Origin: an uncultured Carnobacteriaceae bacterium
GTDB taxonomy: Bacteria; Bacillota; Bacilli; Lactobacillales; Carnobacteriaceae_A
Reading direction: 5' to 3'
Assembly (NCBI GenBank): GCA_964624875.1
Contig: CAZUZA010000001.1
Span: forward strand, 50,660-114,659
Length of the DNA: 64,000 nucleotides
Shown here: positions 38,712-48,709 of the stretch, piece by piece
Layout: each line of letters starts with the position of its first letter
Position numbering within the stretch: position 1 is the stretch's first letter
The notes under the pieces: model-generated
Database searches by the model: none
Seen by the model: only the letters and a program-made list of their open reading frames with translations
Told to the model about the DNA's origin: nothing
Program-made: the position numbers and the translations under genes

Positions 38712-40388
38712 TTATTCTTCTGTATCTTCTGCTTCTTCTGTTTCTTTGATACTAGTGATTTCTTCAATATTATTCTCTTCATCAACCAAGCCTTTTAGTG
38801 TCGATCCAATCTCTACAAACGGTAACTCATCATGTAGATGAATACTCGCTTTATAAACTTCGCCATTTACCATAAAGTAATAAACCGTATCTCCTGATAC
38901 CACAGCTTGTGAGATATCATCTACTTGACCTGTAAATTCAAAGAGTTCTTCTTCATCTTCAATGACTTCAACAATTTCTGTATCTGTTTCAATACCTAAG
39001 TCATCATAAAGTTGAGCAATCACATTCTCGATGTGGCTATCTGTATAAACCGTTTGGTAGTTTTGAGCATCAACCAAAGCATACATACGAACTAAACCTG
39101 AATCATCTTTTAGTGAAGATAAATAATATGGATTACCTTCTAAATTAATTAAAATTGGGAACGTCGATTGGTAGCGCATTTGCTGCACAGAACCTACTGC
39201 AGAATCCATCGCTGAAAATTCATCCGCTGAAACAACTGGATAATATTCTGCTTCTTTTGTACGTAAATTAACTAAATAAAAACCAATATTTGATGCATCA
39301 CTATTCACTGAAGTAACACCAGTATACATGTAGACATCTTCATCAATCGATAAGTAGTTATAACCTTCTGTCGTTGTTGTAACCCCTTGTTGACCAATGA
39401 CTGAATTCCAGTACCCATCTTGATATTGTCCATAATCATCCAATTGACGCAAAATTAAGTTTGCTCCATAGACACGGTCAACCCACTGCGGGCTTTCGTC
39501 TAAGCCATAACGTTCTGTCTCACCAGTAACAGCATCTAAAGTAATGACACCAGTTGGCTCTTTATAGTTAAAGAATAAACGAGATTCATAAGTCGTGGCC
39601 ACGTAATAAGGATGTCCCTCATCATCTACTTCAAAAGAAGGGGAATCAAAGATTGCTGTTGGATACGAGAAGCGTAAATGGCGCGTCACATTTCGACCTA
39701 ATCGCTCTGAATCGCTATATTTAATGCCATCCTCAACATCAATAATTTCAGCTTTTCCAGTAACCATGTTCACGCGAATATATCCTGGAATCCCTTCTTT
39801 ACGATTGTTCACCCATCTAAAGAAGCTAGCATATTCTAAAGGTGTTACACGATAAGGGACGTTTCCGATGTTAATCTGGATGTAATCTCTGGCCGGTACA
39901 AACTGAGAGACTAATTCAGATACCCCACCAATTTGGCGTTCTCCTAAACGAGTTGCTGTATCACGATCCATTAACGGTATCCCCGACGTACCATTTTCGG
40001 CAAAGTCTTCTGCAAAGTTCTTTTCTTCTACTGTAATTAATTCCGCATAACTCTTTGCTCGAAAGACCGGTGAATTTAAAAAGTAGCCTCCCATAATAAC
40101 AACTGCAATAAGAGTACCTAACGTAATCGCTATCCGACCTACTTTAATTTTACCTGAATGAAAACCAATCATATAATGGACCGATCCAAAAAATAAGAGA
40201 GCGAGTACTAAAAATACCCACATTTCGATACTACCGATATTAAAGGCAGGTAAAAAGAAATAGTACGCGAGTCCTGCTAATAGTAAAATCAAGACCGCTA
40301 AAATAATTAATGCACGTTTTTTATTTTTAATATTAAATTTTATTTCCACTAACATTTTCCTTTCGATATTTAAATAGATTATAGACAA
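38712..40388 (-). CDS. Uncharacterised membrane-anchored protein (3 N-terminal TM helices, large soluble domain)
   Basis: 558-aa ORF with three hydrophobic N-terminal segments; no catalytic motif I recognise; the true start is probably 40355 or 40349 (GAAAGGA RBS). Confidence 0.8.
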   Translation of the reverse strand: MSIIYLNIERKMLVEIKFNIKNKKRALIILAVLILLLAGLAYYFFLPAFNIGSIEMWVFLVLALLFFGSVHYMIGFHSGKIKVGRIAITLGTLIAVVIMGGYFLNSPVFRAKSYAELITVEEKNFAEDFAENGTSGIPLMDRDTATRLGERQIGGVSELVSQFVPARDYIQINIGNVPYRVTPLEYASFFRWVNNRKEGIPGYIRVNMVTGKAEIIDVEDGIKYSDSERLGRNVTRHLRFSYPTAIFDSPSFEVDDEGHPYYVATTYESRLFFNYKEPTGVITLDAVTGETERYGLDESPQWVDRVYGANLILRQLDDYGQYQDGYWNSVIGQQGVTTTTEGYNYLSIDEDVYMYTGVTSVNSDASNIGFYLVNLRTKEAEYYPVVSADEFSAMDSAVGSVQQMRYQSTFPILINLEGNPYYLSSLKDDSGLVRMYALVDAQNYQTVYTDSHIENVIAQLYDDLGIETDTEIVEVIEDEEELFEFTGQVDDISQAVVSGDTVYYFMVNGEVYKASIHLHDELPFVEIGSTLKGLVDEENNIEEITSIKETEEAEDTEE

Positions 40389-40477
40389 CTTGATTCATTA
40401 TATTTAGTAATGGTCAAAAATAAACAGCAACTTTTAACAGGTTGCTGTGAATTTAATTATAAGTGATTGACTAAATC

Positions 40478-41251
40478 CTATGATTCATCTTTAAGTGTAT
40501 TTTCCCATTTGTGTAAATTGTCAATAAACTTCTTACTTTTTAGTTGCAGTCCAACGGATTGTTCATATACGTGATCCACTAGTCGTTTAATTTCAGCTTG
40601 TGTATTGCCTTTAATCGAAATATCCCCGATACGGTCTAATTTAATGACTGAATACAAACGAATGAGTTGCATCGCTTTTGGATCAACATGTAGCCTTCGA
40701 GTATCTTCATAAAAATGCTCTGAACAAAGAAGTCCATGATACTTATCAGAGAAGTCAAAGATGCCGGAAGACTTTTGACAAATCGCACAATAAGCTAAAT
40801 TCGGAGCCACCCCAAAATACGTTAGAAACTTAATTTCAATAATATTTGTAATCACTTCTGGATTATAGTCTTCATTTATTAAGTCTAAAGCTTGTTCTAA
40901 CTCCACAAACATACGCATATGCGGGATTTGATCCTCTATTGCAGCATCGACTAATGCACAAATATAAGTTGCGTACGCATGTTTAAAAATATCCGTTTGA
41001 ATATCTCTTAAACTTTGCAAATCTTTTGTGCCCCGGAAAAAACTTAACCCTTCTTCACGAATATCTGCAATGAAAGTGCCTTTCGTAAATGGCTGAATTG
41101 ACTGTAAAATACTACCTTGTTGTTTTTTTGACCCTCGTACAAAAAACATAACTTTACCATATTGTTGCGTAAATATTTTTACAAGGAAATCACGTTCACG
41201 ATATTTACGATGGTATAAAACAATACCTTCTACCTCTTCTAAGTGTGCCAT
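40478..41251 (-). CDS. recO: DNA repair protein RecO
   Basis: EGIVL...YRERD..V.IFT...GK OB fold and CAIC...C..H zinc motif; follows era. Confidence 0.95.
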   Translation of the reverse strand: MAHLEEVEGIVLYHRKYRERDFLVKIFTQQYGKVMFFVRGSKKQQGSILQSIQPFTKGTFIADIREEGLSFFRGTKDLQSLRDIQTDIFKHAYATYICALVDAAIEDQIPHMRMFVELEQALDLINEDYNPEVITNIIEIKFLTYFGVAPNLAYCAICQKSSGIFDFSDKYHGLLCSEHFYEDTRRLHVDPKAMQLIRLYSVIKLDRIGDISIKGNTQAEIKRLVDHVYEQSVGLQLKSKKFIDNLHKWENTLKDES

Positions 41252-41310
41252 TTAAAACTTCCTTCATTTCACATGAAAATTAGACGATATTTAATTTAGA
41301 TAATACTAAA

Positions 41311-42225
41311 TTAAAACCTTTCTTCAATATAACCAAATCGGCTTAAATCACTTGGTGTATCACGCCAGTCATCTTCTACTTTAACAAATAACTCTAGATA
41401 CACTTTACTACCTAGTAGTTTTTGGATGTCTCTACGAGCCCTTGTCCCGATTTCCTTAATCATCTTGCCGCCTTTACCGATGATAATACCTTTTTGACTC
41501 TTACGTTCCACGTTAATTAGTACACGTACATCAATAATATCATCTTCGTCCGAACGTTCCATTGCTTCTGTAATAACGGCTACAGAGTGCGGGATTTCTT
41601 CCCGTGTAAGTTCAAGTATTTTTTCACGGACAAATTCAGCAACGATAAAGTACTCTGGGTGATCCGAAACTTGTTCTGTTGGATAAAATTGTGGTCCCTC
41701 TTCTAAATAACCTGAAATAACATTTAGTAGACTATCCACATTGTTACCATTTAAAGCAGATACGGGAATGATTTCCGCAAATTCCATCTCATTTTGATAA
41801 CTTTCAATAATAGGTAATAATTCATCTGGATGAACTTTATCAATTTGGTTAAGCACTAAAAAGATAGGTGTTTTTGTATTTTCTAGTTTTTCCATAATGA
41901 AACGATCACCAGGACCCATTTTTTCATTTACATTAATCATAAACAAAAGAATGTCTACCTCGTTTAACGTGCTTAACGCCGTCTCAACCATGAATTTTCC
42001 TAGTTGATGCTTTGGTTTATGAATACCCGGCGTATCAATAAATATAATCTGTTCATTATCTGTTGTGTAGATGGCTTGAATTTGGTTTCTGGTTGTCTGC
42101 GCCTTATCACTTGTTATTGTAATTTTCTCACCCATAATATTGTTTATTAATGTTGATTTACCAACATTTGGGCGCCCAATAACTGAAACAAAACCTGATT
42201 TGAAACTTTCTTTATTATTCATCAA
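41311..42225 (-). CDS. era: GTPase Era
   Basis: [18 protein letters not shown] and KH-domain [10 protein letters not shown] motifs. Confidence 0.99.
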   Translation of the reverse strand: MMNNKESFKSGFVSVIGRPNVGKSTLINNIMGEKITITSDKAQTTRNQIQAIYTTDNEQIIFIDTPGIHKPKHQLGKFMVETALSTLNEVDILLFMINVNEKMGPGDRFIMEKLENTKTPIFLVLNQIDKVHPDELLPIIESYQNEMEFAEIIPVSALNGNNVDSLLNVISGYLEEGPQFYPTEQVSDHPEYFIVAEFVREKILELTREEIPHSVAVITEAMERSDEDDIIDVRVLINVERKSQKGIIIGKGGKMIKEIGTRARRDIQKLLGSKVYLELFVKVEDDWRDTPSDLSRFGYIEERF

Positions 42226-42632
42226 TTGATATTCATATCCTTTTCTGTAAATGCTCCTGGAAGTAATTCAGATACAGTTGTTTCCGAAACTGCACCTTTT
42301 GTGTTTGTTAAAATGACAGGCATATCTGGGGCACAAAATTCAGCCATTACTTGTCTACAGGCACCACATGGAGAAACAGGTCCTGCAGTATTTGCGGTGA
42401 TAACAATCTTGTCAAACTCACGGTTTCCTTCAGATACAGCTTTAAAAATCGCTGTCCTTTCAGCACAATTCGTCAATGGGTACGAAGCATTTTCAATATT
42501 GCACCCTGTAAAAACTTGTCCTTCTTTTGTTAAAATCGCAGCTCCAACTGGAAAGTTCGAATATGGAACATACGCTAAATCTAACATGTCTATTGCTATT
42601 TTTGTTAATGCATCTTCTGATATCGCTGGCAT
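42222..42632 (-). CDS. cdd: Cytidine deaminase (homotetrameric type)
   Basis: [24 protein letters not shown] and PCGACRQ motifs. Confidence 0.98.
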   Translation of the reverse strand: MPAISEDALTKIAIDMLDLAYVPYSNFPVGAAILTKEGQVFTGCNIENASYPLTNCAERTAIFKAVSEGNREFDKIVITANTAGPVSPCGACRQVMAEFCAPDMPVILTNTKGAVSETTVSELLPGAFTEKDMNIN

Positions 42633-42675
42633 TTAACACACTCTCCTAATAATAATTTACATTTATTTTAAACGT

Positions 42676-43080
42676 TTATAGTAAATTTAAAACTTCTAGT
42701 ATTTTGGGCAATAAGATAATTGTTCCAACTATTATCGCAAACATAGAAGTAGATAATACTGCTGCTGCTGCCATGTCTTTCACTTTTTTAGCTAACGGAT
42801 GATACTCCGGAGATACTAAGTCAATAATATTTTCGACTACTGTATTCCATATCTCCATTACAATTACTAAAAAACAAACGAGTAAAATCCATAGCCATTC
42901 GTTTAATACTAATGGTAAAAATAAAGAAACAATAATCGTCGCTAAAGCGGATAATGTATGAGAACGCATATTACGTTCTTCTTGGAATACAGTCCGTACC
43001 CCTTCAAAAGCATATCGAAAGGAACTCTTATATGATCGATTTTTTTGTGGTTTCTTCAATTGGTTATCTTTCAAGGCCAT
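42676..43080 (-). CDS. dgkA: Diacylglycerol/undecaprenol kinase
   Basis: SF.YA.EG, ERN, E.WNT..E..ID and AK..KDMAA motifs. Confidence 0.93.
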   Translation of the reverse strand: MALKDNQLKKPQKNRSYKSSFRYAFEGVRTVFQEERNMRSHTLSALATIIVSLFLPLVLNEWLWILLVCFLVIVMEIWNTVVENIIDLVSPEYHPLAKKVKDMAAAAVLSTSMFAIIVGTIILLPKILEVLNLL

Positions 43081-43570
43081 TCTCCTTCAAAATTACCTCT
43101 TGAAGGTCAAACATTTCCTTTTCCTCTTCTTCTGTTTGATGGTCATAACCATTCAAGTGTAAAAATCCATGCACCGTTAAGAAGCCTAATTCCCGTTCAA
43201 ATGAATGCCCAAATTCGTCAGCTTGTTCTATGGCTTTATCAATTGATATAAAGATATCTCCTAATAATCTAGGGATAGCCATTTCATTTTCTTCATCAAA
43301 AAAATCTTCATCGAAAAACACTTCAAACTCATCATCATTATCTTCTATCGCAAAACTGATTACATCAGTCGGGCGATCGATTGACCGATATTCACGATTA
43401 ATTTCATGAATTTTTGCATCATCTACTACAGTGATAGACACTTCAAAGTTTTCACCTAAGTCTAATGTTTTTGCGGCAGATAGAATTAACTTCTCAATTA
43501 ACGACATATGTCGCTCTTCAACACGATCTGTTTCATCGTATAATGCAATATCCAATTCTTTCACTTCCAA
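43064..43570 (-). CDS. ybeY: rRNA maturation RNase YbeY
   Basis: NREYR.ID.PTDVISF, LGDI.IS and HGFLHLNGYDH motifs. Confidence 0.97.
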   Translation of the reverse strand: MEVKELDIALYDETDRVEERHMSLIEKLILSAAKTLDLGENFEVSITVVDDAKIHEINREYRSIDRPTDVISFAIEDNDDEFEVFFDEDFFDEENEMAIPRLLGDIFISIDKAIEQADEFGHSFERELGFLTVHGFLHLNGYDHQTEEEEKEMFDLQEVILKENGLER

Positions 43571-43603
43571 TCATGTACTATTCTAGCTTTATATTTAACT
43601 TAT

Positions 43604-44584
43604 TTATTTCGCAGCTTCTTCTGTTTCATAGGCCTTAATAACCTCTCCTACAAGTGGATGGCGAATAACATCCGATGTTGAGAAATGAACGAGTCCTACT
43701 CCTGAAACATTGTTTAAAATTTTAGTCGAATGGATTAGTCCACTACGAGTGCCTCTAGGTAAATCAATTTGTGTAACATCTCCATTAATAATCATTTTGG
43801 AGCCGAAGCCTAATCGCGTTAAAAACATCTTCATTTGTTGTGATGTTGTATTTTGTGCTTCATCTAGTATGACAAAAGCATCATCCAATGTACGTCCACG
43901 CATATATGCCAACGGTGCTACTTCAATAATTTCACGTTCCATCAGACGTCCTGTATGTTCTACTCCTAAAATGGTGTATAAAGAATCATATAGTGGTCGT
44001 AAGTAAGGATCGACTTTCTCTCTCAGGTCACCTGGTAAGAAGCCTAAATTTTCTCCTGCTTCAACAGCTGGTCGTGTTAGTAAGATACGCTTCACTTCGC
44101 CTTTTCTAAGTGCTGCAACAGCCATAGCTACTGCTAAGAAGGTCTTACCTGTACCTGCCGGGCCCACTCCAAAAACAATATCATTGTTTTTTACAGCCTT
44201 TACATAATTATTTTGTCCCACATTTTTAACACGGATTGGTCTTCCATTATAGTCACGTGTAATTTCCTTCTCATACATCCGAAGAAATTGATCAAGATTA
44301 CCACTTTTAGATAAACGAATAGCATTTATAAGATCCATTGGTTTAATTGTTTTCTGTTTACTTAATAGCAATTCTAATTGCGAAATAATCTCGCCCACCT
44401 GTAAAACAACTTCTTCTGAGCCTTCAATGATTAACTGCTTTCCTCGAGTGTTTAAAGAAACATCTAATTCATTTTCAAAAATCGCTAGATGATCATTTTG
44501 TGGACCGAAGATCGCCATTGCTTGTTCATCATCTTGAATCGTTCGAATTGATTGTATAGGTTCATTGGTCAAAGATTGATACAC
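43604..44584 (-). CDS. phoH: PhoH-family ATPase (YbeZ-like)
   Basis: GPAGTGKT, RPAVEAGE.LGFLPG, APLAYMRGRT, DEAQN and GDVTQIDLP motifs. Confidence 0.97.
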   Translation of the reverse strand: MYQSLTNEPIQSIRTIQDDEQAMAIFGPQNDHLAIFENELDVSLNTRGKQLIIEGSEEVVLQVGEIISQLELLLSKQKTIKPMDLINAIRLSKSGNLDQFLRMYEKEITRDYNGRPIRVKNVGQNNYVKAVKNNDIVFGVGPAGTGKTFLAVAMAVAALRKGEVKRILLTRPAVEAGENLGFLPGDLREKVDPYLRPLYDSLYTILGVEHTGRLMEREIIEVAPLAYMRGRTLDDAFVILDEAQNTTSQQMKMFLTRLGFGSKMIINGDVTQIDLPRGTRSGLIHSTKILNNVSGVGLVHFSTSDVIRHPLVGEVIKAYETEEAAK

Positions 44585-44691
44585 TCCTTAAAATGCTTGA
44601 TTTAATAATCAAATTTTATCATATTTTAAACAAAATCGCTATTATACATTGTTCACCATTTAGAAAAGTAGTCGATATCGACTTAATATGT

Positions 44692-44723
44692 AAAAAAGAG
44701 TGGATCGATGAAGATCCACTCTT
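44692..44723 (-). terminator. Intrinsic terminator after yqeY
   Basis: AAGAGTGGATC-loop-GATCCACTCTT with a U-tract on the minus strand. Confidence 0.8.
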
Positions 44724-44737
44724 AAAGTATTTTTAGC

Positions 44738-45181
44738 TTAAGATAAATTTTCACGCACTAATGCATTTACTTTACTTCCATCTGCGCGACCTTGAACTTT
44801 TGGCATAACAGCACTCATAACAGCGCCCATATCTTTCATAGACTCTGCATTGGCCTCTGTAATTACCTCTTTAACAATTTGCGCTAATTCTTCGTCTGTT
44901 AATTGTTCTGGTAGATATTTATCAACAACTTTAAGCTCAGCTTCTAGTTTTTCCATTAAATCTTCGCGATTTGCTTTTTTAAATTCTTCATAAGAATCTA
45001 AACGTTGCTTTTTCTCTCTAGAAAGAATGGCTAACTCTTCATCTGCACTTAAGTCACGACCCTTATCAATCTCTTCATTTTGAATAGATGCTTTAATCAT
45101 ACGAATGGTCGATAGACGTTCTCTATCTTTTGCCCTCATAGCTTCTTTCATGTCTTGATTTAGTTGTTCTAGCACTCTCAT
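44738..45181 (-). CDS. yqeY: GatB/YqeY domain protein
   Basis: DMKEAMRAKD, YLPEQL and KDMG.VM......GRADG motifs; follows rpsU. Confidence 0.93.
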   Translation of the reverse strand: MRVLEQLNQDMKEAMRAKDRERLSTIRMIKASIQNEEIDKGRDLSADEELAILSREKKQRLDSYEEFKKANREDLMEKLEAELKVVDKYLPEQLTDEELAQIVKEVITEANAESMKDMGAVMSAVMPKVQGRADGSKVNALVRENLS

Positions 45182-45260
45182 GTAAACCCTTCTTTCTTTA
45201 ATTTTTTTGGAAAAGAAAGCCCAACAATCGATAAACGATTCGTCGGGCTGTCAATAATTA

Positions 45261-45461
45261 TTATCTATTTCTATTACGTTTCTTCATGATTCGATCTCTT
45301 TTACGAGCTTCCTCAGACTTAAGCTTACGTTTTACACTCGGCTTCTCGTATGTTTCTCTTTTTCTAGCTTCTCTTAATGTACCAGATTTAGATACGGAAC
45401 GTTTGAATCGACGAAGAGCGTCATCAAGATTTTCTCCTTCTCTGACATCCGTTTTAGTCAA
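45261..45461 (-). CDS. rpsU: 30S ribosomal protein S21
   Basis: [12 protein letters not shown] and [20 protein letters not shown] motifs; TTG start, GGAGG RBS. Confidence 0.98.
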   Translation of the reverse strand: MTKTDVREGENLDDALRRFKRSVSKSGTLREARKRETYEKPSVKRKLKSEEARKRDRIMKKRNRNR

Positions 45462-45606
45462 TGCGGTTCCCTCCCCTCGTCATTTCAGGGCATTCCAATG
45501 TTTGAATCTCTTTCACAATTAGTCTTCCCTTATCTTCAAAGTACTGACATACTTTTGAAATATAATTTCTACTAAGATGTTTAAACAAGTTAGCAGTTCA
45601 TGAGTT

Positions 45607-45635
45607 ATTATATACAAAAATGAAAACAAGGTCAA
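45607..45635 (-). promoter_or_regulatory. SigA-type promoter of rpsU
   Basis: TTGACC-N17-TATAAT on the minus strand. Confidence 0.75.
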
Positions 45636-45709
45636 TTGCGTATTTCATATTAATTCGCTTTTTTTCAATTAATTGATTCTTATTTTCAAAAATGAGCCCT
45701 CATCACAAA

Positions 45710-46135
45710 TTACAGAGTCCCTTTTGCACAGTTTTCGCACAAGCCGAACAATTCAAATCGATGAGATGTTATTTTAGCATCTCCTATTTGTTCTCTAAAA
45801 TACGATACCGGACATTCTTCCAATTCTATCGAATAGCCACACTCCGAACATATAAAATGGTGATGATGGCCATCTGCACTACAATTTGCTCTGAAGTACT
45901 TTTCACCAGATATTTCAGTTTCTTCAAGTATATTCAATTCTGAAAAGGAATGTAAATTACGGTAAATTGTATCTGGACTAATTCCTGGATACTCTTCAGT
46001 CAAAATGGCCTTCATTTCTTTAGCAGATAGATAACGATTTTCGTTATAGAGTATCTCAAGCATTAACACTCTTCGTTCAGTCATCTTTAGTTCGCTTTTT
46101 TCAAGAATACCTAAAGCCTCTTTTAATAATGGCAT
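45710..46135 (-). CDS. zur: Fur-family regulator, Zur type
   Basis: YPGIS.DTIYRNL, GEK.FR..C...HHHHFIC..CG and G.C..C motifs, closest to Bacilli Zur. Confidence 0.85.
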   Translation of the reverse strand: MPLLKEALGILEKSELKMTERRVLMLEILYNENRYLSAKEMKAILTEEYPGISPDTIYRNLHSFSELNILEETEISGEKYFRANCSADGHHHHFICSECGYSIELEECPVSYFREQIGDAKITSHRFELFGLCENCAKGTL

Positions 46136-46322
46136 GATTTCTCACCTCTATAGTCGGTATTTCAGTAAATAGTATACGTCAGAACACAATGAATTTAAAG
46201 GGAAATCTATGGAAATGGCTGCTTAAATAAAGTTTCTCAATCATTTTAAAGGAAAGGCTAGTTTTGTATACGAATTGTATATTATAATAAAAGAATAGAA
46301 AAAAGAATAAGGAGGGATAATT

Positions 46323-47171
46323 TTGACCGAAGTAAAGAAATTAATGGTTTATATTGTGTCAGACGCGATTGGACAATCAGCAGTAAACATTGCTCGTTCC
46401 GCTCTTTCACAGTTTCCAGATTTAGAATATGAAATTATTGATTATACATTTATCTCGGAGTTTGAAGAACTCGATGAAATAATAAACGAGCTCAGAAAAG
46501 AAAAAAGTACGCCGATAGTATTTCATACATTTTCAAACGCCAATATGGCAAAATATTTAGATAAACATATGGCCGAAATTGATGCTATTAGTTATGATAT
46601 TTTAAACCCAGTCGTTGATCAAATTAGTGCAATCACAGAAATGAAGCCGAATATGAAGTCAGGTGTTTTATCACGTCGATTAGATGCGAATTATTTCAAT
46701 CGAATTGAATCACTTGAATTTGCAGTAAATCATGATGATGGAAAAGACCCTAAAGGCTTTGTCGAAGCAGAGATTGTTATATTGGGAATTTCTAGAACAT
46801 CTAAAACCCCATTAAGTATCTTTTTAGCAAATAACACCTTTAAGGTAGCGAACTTACCTTTAGTACCTGAAAGTGAATTACCAGAAGAAATCTGGGATGT
46901 TGATCCAAAAAGAATCATTGGTTTAACAAATGACATTAGTGTCTTAAGTGAAATCCGAAAAGAACGTATGATTCAATATGGTTTAAATCCAGACACCATT
47001 TACTCAAACACAGATCGTATTCGAGAAGAGATTGAATATGCGAATACATTATATGATGAATTGAATTGTAAAGTTATAAATGTCGCTAGCAAATCAATTG
47101 AAGAGACAGCTGGTATTATCATTTCGTACTTAAGTGAACAAAGACTTATAGATTTAAATCGTTTTAGATAA
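46323..47171 (+). CDS. Pyruvate-phosphate/water dikinase regulatory protein (DUF299, YqfL-like)
   Basis: VSDA.G, YF.RI..LEFAV.HDDG, GISRTSKTP, KVANLP and KSIEETA motifs. Confidence 0.93.
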   Translation: MTEVKKLMVYIVSDAIGQSAVNIARSALSQFPDLEYEIIDYTFISEFEELDEIINELRKEKSTPIVFHTFSNANMAKYLDKHMAEIDAISYDILNPVVDQISAITEMKPNMKSGVLSRRLDANYFNRIESLEFAVNHDDGKDPKGFVEAEIVILGISRTSKTPLSIFLANNTFKVANLPLVPESELPEEIWDVDPKRIIGLTNDISVLSEIRKERMIQYGLNPDTIYSNTDRIREEIEYANTLYDELNCKVINVASKSIEETAGIIISYLSEQRLIDLNRFR

Positions 47172-47174
47172 ACA

Positions 47175-47222
47175 GAAAACTCTGAAAGCTATCTTACATA
47201 GATGAGCCTTCAGAGTTTTTTT
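47175..47222. terminator. Bidirectional intrinsic terminator
   Basis: AAAACTCTGAA...TTCAGAGTTTT between convergent genes. Confidence 0.8.
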
Positions 47223-47223
47223 A

Positions 47224-47655
47224 TTAATCTTCTATTATTTTCTTTCTCTTAATGCGACCTTCCCAATTCTTGTAGCCGCCCTCTAAAATAGAAATGTCTT
47301 CGTGGCCATTCTTTTTTAACTCAATAGCTGCACGGTAGGCAATATACTTTCCATCTTCATAAATGTAAACAGGTTGGTCTTTTCTAAGTTCAACGTGTCT
47401 TTGTTTCATTTCTGTGAATGGTATATTTCTTGCGCCTAAAATATGACCAGCATTATATTCATCGCGATTACGAACATCTATAAGCTGTACTTTACGTAAA
47501 TTGTCATTAAACTCTTCATTCGTTAATGCAGTTGCAGCTTTTTTTCTACGGAAATACTGAACCGTTTCCCAAATTGCCCAACCAATGATTATAAGCCATA
47601 AAATTTTTGTGAATGTTGATGTGTTACGAATTGCTTCAAAAAATGCATCTATCAA
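47224..47655 (-). CDS. Membrane-anchored rhodanese-like protein (YqhL-like)
   Basis: N-terminal TM helix; LIDVR, GHILGARNIP and LEGG...W motifs; the active-site Cys is not evident (YIYE). Confidence 0.88.
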   Translation of the reverse strand: MIDAFFEAIRNTSTFTKILWLIIIGWAIWETVQYFRRKKAATALTNEEFNDNLRKVQLIDVRNRDEYNAGHILGARNIPFTEMKQRHVELRKDQPVYIYEDGKYIAYRAAIELKKNGHEDISILEGGYKNWEGRIKRKKIIED

Positions 47656-47698
47656 ATTAATTATTCCTCTCTATCTGTATCTCTTTTATTATATTTTT

Positions 47699-48667
47699 TT
47701 AGTCTTTCTCTGTTAATACTAACGAAGCTGCTCCGATCATGCCAGCATCATTTCCTAATTCTGCAATTTTTATCTTAGTAATCGAACGAATTGTAGGGAA
47801 CGTAAATTCTTGGACATAACGATCTACTTTTTCTGCTAAGAAGTCGCCAGCTTTCGAAACCCCACCACCTAAAATTATGGTTGAAGGATTTAGCAAGTTT
47901 GCTACGTTACCTAAAGCTAAACCAAGATAAAATGAAAACTTATCAACGACTGCTTCGCCAAATTTGTCGCCAGCTTTTGCTGAGTCGAAGATTAGTTTTG
48001 AATCAATTGCTTCGTCATTTTGAATACGCGCTTGTAATGTAGAGTCTTCCGTAAAGTCTACAGACATATCTTGTGCTAAACGCACAACGCCAGTTGCTGA
48101 TGCATATTGCTCTAAACAACCTTTTTTACCACATGTACATAAGTAACCATCTGGTTCAATTGTCAGATGCCCAATTTCACCAGCTGCATCGATTGTTCCA
48201 TGGATAAGCTTCCCGTCAGCGATAAAGCCACCACCAACACCTGTACCTAATGTAATAAAAGCTACGTTGTCTTCGTTATTTCCAGCACCAACCCATTGTT
48301 CACCTAACGCTGCTACGTTTGCATCATTATCGACAAAAAACGGAATGCCAGTGCCTGCTTCAACTTGTTCTCTAATTGGTTGAAGTGTTTTCCAATTTAA
48401 ATTAAATGCACCAATAACGGTACCGTTTTTTCTATTAACGGAACCGGGTGTCCCCATACCAATACCGACGAAGTCGCTCGCACTTAATTGTTCTTCTTCA
48501 AGTTTTTGATTAATCGAAGTAATAATATTTGGTACAATCTTCGTTCCTTCTTCTGAAATATCAGTCGGTAATTCCCAACTTATTTCAATTTCACCAGCTA
48601 GATTTAAGATTCCAATTTTTGCTGTAGTCCCACCTAAATCTACACCTATAACTTTCTTTTCTGCCAC
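47699..48667 (-). CDS. glcK: ROK-family glucokinase
   Basis: GVDLGGT, DNDANVAALGE, TLGTGVGGG, GEIGH and CTCGKKGCLE motifs; GTG start at 48667 inferred from the RBS. Confidence 0.95.
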   Translation of the reverse strand: MAEKKVIGVDLGGTTAKIGILNLAGEIEISWELPTDISEEGTKIVPNIITSINQKLEEEQLSASDFVGIGMGTPGSVNRKNGTVIGAFNLNWKTLQPIREQVEAGTGIPFFVDNDANVAALGEQWVGAGNNEDNVAFITLGTGVGGGFIADGKLIHGTIDAAGEIGHLTIEPDGYLCTCGKKGCLEQYASATGVVRLAQDMSVDFTEDSTLQARIQNDEAIDSKLIFDSAKAGDKFGEAVVDKFSFYLGLALGNVANLLNPSTIILGGGVSKAGDFLAEKVDRYVQEFTFPTIRSITKIKIAELGNDAGMIGAASLVLTEKD

Positions 48668-48709
48668 TTTTACCCTCAACTCTTTTCTATCCAATATTTA
48701 ATATTTTAT

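Noticed and set aside
38475-38798. 107-aa plus-strand ORF across the glyQ leader
   Set aside because: Antisense to the T-box, its promoter and the end of the upstream gene; low complexity with no support.
42226-42636. 136-aa plus-strand ORF almost exactly overlapping cdd
   Set aside because: Antisense mirror of a well-supported gene; no motif or RBS.
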